Shown: piece after piece, positions 57,083 through 64,000 of the stretch
Layout of the letters: each line of letters begins with the position of its first letter
How positions within the stretch are numbered: position 1 is the first letter of the stretch
Virus record (IMG/VR): IMGVR_UViG_3300020723_000003
Source of the DNA: a virus
Lineage: Duplodnaviria > Heunggongvirae > Uroviricota > Caudoviricetes
Length of the DNA stretch: 64,000 nt
Direction: 5' to 3' (one strand)
Program-made: the position numbers and the translations under genes
Notes under the pieces: generated by a model
What the model saw: the letters and a program-made list of their open reading frames with translations, nothing else
What the model was told of the DNA's origin: nothing
Databases searched by the model: none

Positions 57083-57112
57083 GGGGAGTTATAGAGACTC
57101 CCCTTTTTTTTA
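57083..57112 (+). terminator. Rho-independent terminator
   Basis: GGGGAGT-tatagag-ACTCCCC followed by T9. Confidence 0.8.
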
Positions 57113-57595
57113 TTGTTGATTAGTTTTATAGAGAAAGCTCCTAGATAGAGATTCCCCATTAGATTTAGTAACTTGATTAGTCAATTCAAATTGAGTAATC
57201 GAGGAGTCGAAGGGACCGATATTAGTAGCAGTTTTAGCACCACTAGAACCAGAAGACTGTATATTCACATTAGCAGAAGCAGACCAAGTTGACAGAGTAA
57301 TAGATTGATATGGGAGAAGCCATAGATCCCAAGGAGTTGCAGTAAACACCGCAGTACCAGAAGTAGTATCCCCTTGATTCCAAGTAGGTTCAACCGAGCC
57401 AGAGACCCCATTAGTAGTACAGATATAGTAATAGCCATTATCTACAGAAGGACGAACAACATCATCCAGACGATAGACAGCATTTGGCACAACTGTTTGC
57501 GCACCCCAGAAAACAGATACAATAGTAGTATCATCAGGATCAACAAACCCAGATATTTTCAGAGGACCTTTTTGGTTAGGAGAATATGTTTGCAT
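57110..57595 (-). CDS. Putative structural/host-recognition protein
   Basis: 161 aa, S/T/N/G-rich. Co-directional with, and immediately downstream of, the large repeat protein. Confidence 0.45.
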   Translation of the reverse strand: MQTYSPNQKGPLKISGFVDPDDTTIVSVFWGAQTVVPNAVYRLDDVVRPSVDNGYYYICTTNGVSGSVEPTWNQGDTTSGTAVFTATPWDLWLLPYQSITLSTWSASANVNIQSSGSSGAKTATNIGPFDSSITQFELTNQVTKSNGESLSRSFLYKTNQQ

Positions 57596-57599
57596 AGAA

Positions 57600-60500
57600 T
57601 TATTCCAATTTAATTAGTATGTTATTATCAGGTTGTTTAATAAGATACTTATTATCCCCTTCTAGGATTTTAACAGAGGTATCTAAAGGTTTAATCAAGT
57701 AAGTATAATCAGGAGCTTTAATTAATATTCTGTGAGTATTACCATAAATAAGAGTAACTAGAGCTACTGGAAATACATTACAAATAGCAGAGATATTACC
57801 TGCCAAAAGAATATTTGTTCTTAGATTCGATGTAGCTGTAGAAACTGCAGCTACATTAGAAGCTAATTGTATACTTGTTATTAAATTAATTGGCCTAATA
57901 GTAGAAACTGCAGCTACATTAGAAGCTAATTGTATACTTGTTATTAAATTAATTGGCCTAATAGTAGAGAATACAGATACAATTGATGCAAGTTGTATAC
58001 TTGTATATAGAGTAGCATTAGTCGATACAACACAAAGATCAACAGAAGCAAGTTGAATATTTGTATGTAGATTAGCATTAGTCGATACAACAGAAGTAAC
58101 AATAGAAGCTAATTGTATACTTGTGTGTAAAGTGGCATTAGTTGATACAACACATAGATCAACAGAAGCAAGTTGAATATTTGTATGTAGATTAGCATTA
58201 GTCGATACAACAGAAGTAACAATAGAAGCTAATTGTATACTTGTGTGTAAAGTGGCATTAGTCGATACAACACATAAATCAATAGAAGCTAATTGAATAT
58301 TTGTTCTTAGATTCGATGTAGCTGTAGAAACAACAGTTACATTTGATGTTAGTTCTATGCTTGTATGTAGAGTAGCATTAGTCGATACAATACATAAATC
58401 AACAGAAGTTAGTTGAATGTTTGTATTTAAATTAATTGGACTAATTGATACAACAGATGCTAAAGTATTTGATGCAAGTTGTATACTTGTATGTAGAGTA
58501 GCATTAGTAGATACAACACACAGATCAATAGAAGCTAGTTGTATGTTTGTATTTAGATTCGATGTAGCTGTAGAAACTGTAGATACATTAGAAGCTAATT
58601 GTATGTTTGTATTTAAATCAATTGGGTTAATTGATACGACAGATGCTAAAGTATTTGATGCTAATACAATATTTGTATTTAACGAAGCATTAGTCGATAC
58701 AACACACAGATCAACAGAAGCTAGTTGTATGTTTGTATTTAAATCAGCAGGGCTAATAGATACAACAGAAGAAATATTTGATGCTAATACAATATTTGTA
58801 TTTAACGAAGCATTTGTCGCTACAACACACAGATCAACAGAAGCTAGTTGTATAGCAGTTGTTAGGCTAGAAGAAGCAGTAGAAACAACAGATACATTAG
58901 AAGCCAGTTTGATATTTGTGTTAAGAACAGCATTAGTTGATACAACACATAAATCAACAGAAGCTAGTTGTATAGCAGTTGTTAGATTAGAAGAAGCAGT
59001 AGAAACAACAGATACATTAGAAGCTAGTTTGATATTTGTGTTAAGAACAGCATTAGTTGATACAACACACAGATCAACAGAAGCTAGTTGTATAGCAGTT
59101 GTTAGGCTAGAAGAAGCAGTAGAAACAACAGATACATTAGAAGCTAGTTGGATGTTTGTATTTAAATTAACAGAAGTAACAGATACAACAGATGTTAAGA
59201 TATTTGATGCTAATGTAATATATGTTCTTAAATCAATTGGACTAATTGATACGACAGATGCTAAAGTATTTGATGCTAATGTGATATTTGTTCTTAACGA
59301 AGCATTAGTCGATACAACACACAGATCAACAGAAGCTAGTTGGATGTTTGTATTTAAATTAACAGAAGTAACAGATACAACAGATGTTAAGATATTTGAT
59401 GCTAATACAATATTTGTATTTAACGAAGCATTAGTCGATACAACACACAGATCAACAGAAGCTAGTTGGATGTTTGTATTTAAATTAACAGAAGTAACAG
59501 ATACAACAGATGTTAAGATATTTGATGCTAATACAATATTTGTATTTAACGAAGCATTTGTCGCTACAACACACAGATCAACAGAAGCTAGTTGTATGTT
59601 TGTATTTAAATCAGCAGGGCTAATAGATACAACAGAAGAAATATTTGATGCTAATACAATATTTGTATTTAACGAAGCATTTGTCGCTACAACACACAGA
59701 TCAACAGAAGTTAGTTGTATAGCAGTTGTTAGGCTAGAAGAAGCAGTAGAAACAACAGATACATTAGAAGCTAGTTGGATAGCATTTGTAAGATTCGATG
59801 TAGCTGTAGAAACAACAGAAGCAACAATAGATGCTAATGTATTATTTGTATTAAGAACAGCATTAGTTGATACAACACATAAATCAACAGAAGCTAGTTG
59901 TATAGCAGTTGTTAGATTCGATGTAGCTGTAGAAACAACAGAAGCAACAATAGATGCTAATGTATTATTTGTATTAAGAACAGCATTAGTCGATACAACA
60001 CACAGATCAACAGAAGCTAGTTGTATAGCAGTTGTTAGGCTAGAAGAAGCAGTAGAAACAACAGATACATTAGAAGCTAGTTGGATAGCATTTGTAAGAT
60101 TCGATGTAGCTGTAGAAACAACAGATACATTAGAAGCCAGTTTGATATTTGTATTAAGAACAGCATTAGTCGATACAACACACAGATCAACAGAAGCTAG
60201 TTGTATAGCAGTTGTTAGGCTAGAAGAAGCAGTAGAAACAACAGATACATTAGAAGCTAGTTGGATAGCATTTGTAAGATTCGATGTAGCTGTAGAAACA
60301 ACAGATACATTAGAAGCCAGTTTGATATTTGTGTTAAGAACAGCATTAGTCGATACAACACACAGATCAACAGAAGCTAGTTGTATAGCAGTTGTTAGAT
60401 TAGAAGAAGCAGTAGAAACAGAAGAAATATTTGATGCTAATTGGATAGCATTTGTAAGATTCGATGTAGCTGTAGAAACAACAGAAGTAACAATAGAAGC

Positions 60501-61064
60501 TAATTGTATACTTGTATTAAGAACAGCATTAGTCGATACAACACATAAATCAACAGAAGCTAGTTGTATAGCAGTTGTTAGATTAGAAGAAGCAGTAGAA
60601 ACAGAAGAAATATTTGATGCTAATTGGATAGCATTTGTAAAAGAAGCAGAAACAATAGTTGATACTGATGCTACACTTGAATTTATTTTTATCGTTGTCG
60701 CTAACGAAGCACCAGATACAGCTAATGATGATGTAGAAGCAGCAAGAAAAATTTGTGTATTTAGTGTTATTGTTCCTACAACACTAATTGTATTCGCTGT
60801 TCCGAATAGTGTTATGTAAGTTGTTAAATTTGATGTAGTAACAGATGTTATACATGTTACTGTAGAATTTAACGAAATTCCAGTTATTAAATTGATAGAA
60901 GATGCAACAGCAACACATTTAGGTGCTGTTGTGCATAATATTTGTGTTGTAACATTTGATGATGTTGTAGAAACAACAAATACAGATGCGCTTAATTGAG
61001 CAGCAGATTTTGCTGTTCCTGATGAAGATATTGGATTTGAACTTATCGGGAAAAACCCTAACAT
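57600..61064 (-). CDS. Hyper-repetitive fibre-like protein (1154 aa; about 20-aa periodic repeats)
   Basis: Unique N- and C-termini flank dozens of near-identical ASVDLCVVSTNAVLNTNIKLASNVSVVSTASSSLTTAIQL units. These are encoded by 60/120/180-bp nucleotide tandem repeats. Confidence 0.65.
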   Translation of the reverse strand: MLGFFPISSNPISSSGTAKSAAQLSASVFVVSTTSSNVTTQILCTTAPKCVAVASSINLITGISLNSTVTCITSVTTSNLTTYITLFGTANTISVVGTITLNTQIFLAASTSSLAVSGASLATTIKINSSVASVSTIVSASFTNAIQLASNISSVSTASSNLTTAIQLASVDLCVVSTNAVLNTSIQLASIVTSVVSTATSNLTNAIQLASNISSVSTASSNLTTAIQLASVDLCVVSTNAVLNTNIKLASNVSVVSTATSNLTNAIQLASNVSVVSTASSSLTTAIQLASVDLCVVSTNAVLNTNIKLASNVSVVSTATSNLTNAIQLASNVSVVSTASSSLTTAIQLASVDLCVVSTNAVLNTNNTLASIVASVVSTATSNLTTAIQLASVDLCVVSTNAVLNTNNTLASIVASVVSTATSNLTNAIQLASNVSVVSTASSSLTTAIQLTSVDLCVVATNASLNTNIVLASNISSVVSISPADLNTNIQLASVDLCVVATNASLNTNIVLASNILTSVVSVTSVNLNTNIQLASVDLCVVSTNASLNTNIVLASNILTSVVSVTSVNLNTNIQLASVDLCVVSTNASLRTNITLASNTLASVVSISPIDLRTYITLASNILTSVVSVTSVNLNTNIQLASNVSVVSTASSSLTTAIQLASVDLCVVSTNAVLNTNIKLASNVSVVSTASSNLTTAIQLASVDLCVVSTNAVLNTNIKLASNVSVVSTASSSLTTAIQLASVDLCVVATNASLNTNIVLASNISSVVSISPADLNTNIQLASVDLCVVSTNASLNTNIVLASNTLASVVSINPIDLNTNIQLASNVSTVSTATSNLNTNIQLASIDLCVVSTNATLHTSIQLASNTLASVVSISPINLNTNIQLTSVDLCIVSTNATLHTSIELTSNVTVVSTATSNLRTNIQLASIDLCVVSTNATLHTSIQLASIVTSVVSTNANLHTNIQLASVDLCVVSTNATLHTSIQLASIVTSVVSTNANLHTNIQLASVDLCVVSTNATLYTSIQLASIVSVFSTIRPINLITSIQLASNVAAVSTIRPINLITSIQLASNVAAVSTATSNLRTNILLAGNISAICNVFPVALVTLIYGNTHRILIKAPDYTYLIKPLDTSVKILEGDNKYLIKQPDNNILIKLE

Positions 61065-61122
61065 CGCATCTCTCTATTTATTGTTGGATATCATCTATTT
61101 ATTTAATAGAAATTTTCTAATT

Positions 61123-61130
61123 ATAAATAC
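61123..61130 (+). promoter_or_regulatory. Late promoter TATAAATA
   Basis: CTAATTATAAATACTG upstream of the 61196 fibre gene, in a divergent intergenic region. Confidence 0.5.
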
Positions 61131-61195
61131 TGAATAATGTTAAGGCTTAAATAGGAATTTTTATGTATTTTATTTTTAGGGTTGTAGAATAAATT

Positions 61196-63400
61196 ATGAC
61201 GTTATTAATAAAAGATAGAGTCAAGGAAATATCAACTACTGTTGGGGTAGGACCTATATTAGTAGGGACAACTCCAGTTGTAGGTTTTACTACTATTGAT
61301 GCAGCAATAGCGAATGGCAATACAACTCCCTATGTTATAGAACATCAATCTGATGGATCTTACGAAATTGGTGTGGGTCAATATTATTCTTCAAATACAT
61401 CATTAGTAAGACTTCAAGTTTTAGCATCAAACAATTCAAATCAATTAGTTTCTTTTGCTGCTGGAAATAAAAATATTTTTGTAACTATTCCAGCTGCATA
61501 TTCTGCTATGGTGGTCAGAGATTTAAGTCAATTTGCTGTTACAACTTCTGCAAATTTGGCAAGTATTATTTCTGATGAAACGGGAGTTGGTCCTTTAGTT
61601 TTTGCAAATAATGCTACATTATTTAATCCCACGATTACTGGTAATACAGCACAATTTACAGATACAACGAACGCAACAAACTATTCAACTGCTCCTGCAA
61701 CATTTTCTGGTGGTGTTGGTGTTGCGAAAGATGTTTATGTTGGTGGAACATTATCAGTTTCTGGAAATGTTTATATTAATGGTAATACAATATCAATTAG
61801 CGCAAATAACTTAGAGATTAATGACTCTTTAATTTATATGGCTCAAGGAAATCCTGCTAATTTAAATGATATTGGAATAGTTGGTCATTTTAATAATGGA
61901 ACTTATCAACATACTGGATTAGTTAGAGATCATAGTGATGGTGTTTGGAAATTATTTTCTGGAGTAACCACAGAACCAACAGGAAATATAATAAGTCTTT
62001 CTAGTGCAACATATGATACGTTAAAGGTTGGATCTATTATTTCCAATACTTTCACATCTTTAATCACAACTGGCGTTGCTCCATTAGTAATAAATTCTAC
62101 AACTCCTGTTGCTAATTTAAGCATTTATGCTAATAATATATCAGGATCAATTGTTAATAGTTCTTTGGCTAATACCTCAGTTACAATCAATACCGGTGCT
62201 GGGTTGTCTGGTGGTGGTTCTGTTGCCTTGGGTTCTTCTGTTTCTGTAAGTGCTAATACTGGGAACACAACACAAGCAGGAATTGTTCAGTTAAATGATA
62301 GTGTAATTTCTATTAGCACTGTATTAGCAGCCACTGCCAATGCTGTTTATACTGCATATAATTTTGCAGTAACTGCAAATACTAATGCTGCTAATGCTTC
62401 ATATTTAACAACTGGAACAGTTCCTAATGTTAGATTGTCTTCTATTCCAAATAGTTCATTAGCAAATAATTCTATTACAATAGGATCAACAGTTATACAA
62501 TTAGGAAGTTCAAATACAACACTTTCTGGTTTAAATTTATTATCAAGTAATACATTTATAGCTAACAATGGATTCTATTCTTCTAATAATTATACTGGAT
62601 CTTATTCACATGGCATAGTCGTTGATTATGTGCCTGGAACTGGTAGGATTTCTGTTGGTTCTGCTGATGGAATTACAATTTATAATGGCGGAGTTGGAAC
62701 AACTCCATTAGTATCTGTTACTGCTGGTGGTGTCGTTACATCAAATGTTTATACATCTTCAGCTGTTACAGGTATTGCCCCATTAGTAATAAATTCTACA
62801 ACTCCTGTTGCAAATTTAACTGCAAATCTAGCATTAGGTGTTGCTGGTGGTTCAGCGAATAATCTTTTATATCAAACAGCTGCTAATATTACAAGTTATA
62901 TAACAGCACCAGCAGCAAACAATACCTATTTAAAATGGAATACAGCTGGTGGATTTTCTTGGGCTACTGTTACAGGTGGCGGAGGTTTGACAACAACTGA
63001 TGATAATGCAACAAATGCAACGTATTATCCAGTTTTTGTTACTGCAGCTGGTGGGAGCACTGCTAAAACAGCATCAACTGATTTGACATTTAATCCATCA
63101 TCTGGAACATTATCTGCCACCTTATTCCAATCATTATCAGATAAATCTAAGAAAATAAATATTATTGGAATTTCTGGTGCGATAAATACAGTTAAAAAAT
63201 TAAATGGTGTAGAATTTGATTGGATAGATAATGGATTTCATTCTTCAGGTGTTATTGCGCAAGAAATAGAACAAATATTACCACATTTAGTACAAGAAAC
63301 TGATGGAATAAAGAGCGTGAATTATTCAGGTTTGATTGGATATTTAATCGAAGCAATAAAAGATTTATCAGATAAGATTGATAATTTGGAGAACAAATAA
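61196..63400 (+). CDS. Tail fibre/tailspike protein with C-terminal intramolecular chaperone (peptidase S74) domain
   Basis: S/T/N/G-rich with an internal duplication (APLVINSTTPVANL twice). C-terminus SDKSKKINIIGISGAINTVKKLNGVEFDWIDNG...QEIEQILPHLV...SVNYSGLIGYLIEAIKDLSDKIDNLE matches the autocleaving chaperone-domain pattern. Confidence 0.65.
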   Translation: MTLLIKDRVKEISTTVGVGPILVGTTPVVGFTTIDAAIANGNTTPYVIEHQSDGSYEIGVGQYYSSNTSLVRLQVLASNNSNQLVSFAAGNKNIFVTIPAAYSAMVVRDLSQFAVTTSANLASIISDETGVGPLVFANNATLFNPTITGNTAQFTDTTNATNYSTAPATFSGGVGVAKDVYVGGTLSVSGNVYINGNTISISANNLEINDSLIYMAQGNPANLNDIGIVGHFNNGTYQHTGLVRDHSDGVWKLFSGVTTEPTGNIISLSSATYDTLKVGSIISNTFTSLITTGVAPLVINSTTPVANLSIYANNISGSIVNSSLANTSVTINTGAGLSGGGSVALGSSVSVSANTGNTTQAGIVQLNDSVISISTVLAATANAVYTAYNFAVTANTNAANASYLTTGTVPNVRLSSIPNSSLANNSITIGSTVIQLGSSNTTLSGLNLLSSNTFIANNGFYSSNNYTGSYSHGIVVDYVPGTGRISVGSADGITIYNGGVGTTPLVSVTAGGVVTSNVYTSSAVTGIAPLVINSTTPVANLTANLALGVAGGSANNLLYQTAANITSYITAPAANNTYLKWNTAGGFSWATVTGGGGLTTTDDNATNATYYPVFVTAAGGSTAKTASTDLTFNPSSGTLSATLFQSLSDKSKKINIIGISGAINTVKKLNGVEFDWIDNGFHSSGVIAQEIEQILPHLVQETDGIKSVNYSGLIGYLIEAIKDLSDKIDNLENK

Positions 63401-64000
63401 TGTCAAGTTTTAGTTCACCAGCGACTGGCGATTTTGACAAATATTTTATGACTACAACTGATTTAATTGATCGGTTTGCAGTAGGCGGGTTATGGGTTTG
63501 TGGTTATAATGGTTATGGAGAACTTGGCGATAGTACCATAACAAATAAAAGTTCTCCAGTTCAGACCATAGCAGGTGGAACAAATTGGAAACAAGTTGCT
63601 ACTGGTTATTATCATACCGCAGCAATCAAGACCGATGGTACATTATGGACTTGTGGTTATAATGGTACTGGACAACTTGGCGATAGTACCACCGTTACTG
63701 GTAGAAGTTCTCCAGTTCAAACCATAGCAGGTGGAACAAATTGGAAACAGGTTGCTTGTAGTTTTGATCATACCGCAGCAATCAAGACCGATGGTACATT
63801 ATGGGGATGGGGTAGAAATTCTTATGGAGGGCTTGGCGATAGTACCGTTACAAATAAAAGTTCTCCAGTTCAAACCATAACAGGTGGAACAAATTGGAAA
63901 CAAGTTGCTTGTGGAACTTATCATACCGCAGCAATCAAGACCGATGGTACATTATGGACTTGGGGTTATAATGTTACTGGACAACTTGGCGATAGTACCA
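63400..64000 (+). CDS. RCC1-repeat (beta-propeller) protein, 3' partial
   Basis: ATG overlaps the upstream stop (TAATG). At least four repeats of GGTNWKQVA-x-HTAAIKTDGTLWTCGYN-x-GQLGDST. The frame is open to the window end. Confidence 0.6.
   Translation, partial: MSSFSSPATGDFDKYFMTTTDLIDRFAVGGLWVCGYNGYGELGDSTITNKSSPVQTIAGGTNWKQVATGYYHTAAIKTDGTLWTCGYNGTGQLGDSTTVTGRSSPVQTIAGGTNWKQVACSFDHTAAIKTDGTLWGWGRNSYGGLGDSTVTNKSSPVQTITGGTNWKQVACGTYHTAAIKTDGTLWTWGYNVTGQLGDST

Noticed and set aside
58417-60819. 800-aa + strand ORF inside the repeat region
   Set aside because: Mirror-frame artefact of the minus-strand repetitive gene 57600..61064. It has no unique termini and no RBS or promoter context, whereas the minus ORF has unique N/C-termini, a co-directional downstream gene and a terminator.
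1-64000. Transposase/IS element or integrase
   Set aside because: No transposase, integrase or terminal inverted repeats of IS type were recognised. The only mobile-type genes are the GIY-YIG ORF and the intein segments.

Overview
This window is an AT-rich genome segment of a T4-like myovirus with cyanophage/pelagiphage-type gene order. In order it contains: the end of the major capsid gene (g23); a reverse-strand insertion (glycosyltransferase plus 2OG-Fe(II) oxygenase); g3-uvsY-uvsW; a GC-rich repeat element; g55-g47-g46; a catalytically degenerate deformylase-like gene; dNMP kinase; a cluster of 3 tRNAs plus 2 aberrant tRNA-like elements; g45-g44-g62-regA; dCMP deaminase; DNA polymerase g43; uvsX (fractured by a split intein); g41; a ~15 kb sugar-nucleotide/glycosyltransferase island (GDP-fucose/colitose-type and CDP-dideoxyhexose-type enzymes, two fucosyltransferases); a cluster of proteins with T4 capsid-targeting-sequence-like N-termini; primase g61; thyX; mazG; nrdB; nrdA (also fractured by a split intein); an SPFH lipoprotein; a GIY-YIG gene in a CT-rich tract; two large 10-bp-phased tandem repeat arrays; and a host-recognition module (hyper-repetitive 1154-aa fibre-like protein, a fibre with S74 chaperone, an RCC1-repeat protein). 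Early sigma70-like promoters share an extended TATAGTATAAT -10 and late TATAAATA promoters precede structural genes. The most interesting candidate systems are: (i) four genes whose products start with MK-x-F-K/R-Q/E-F...E, resembling the T4 capsid targeting sequence, which suggests a set of capsid-packaged, injected proteins; (ii) split-intein-fractured uvsX and nrdA; (iii) iteron-like tandem arrays adjacent to an operator-rich small-protein gene.
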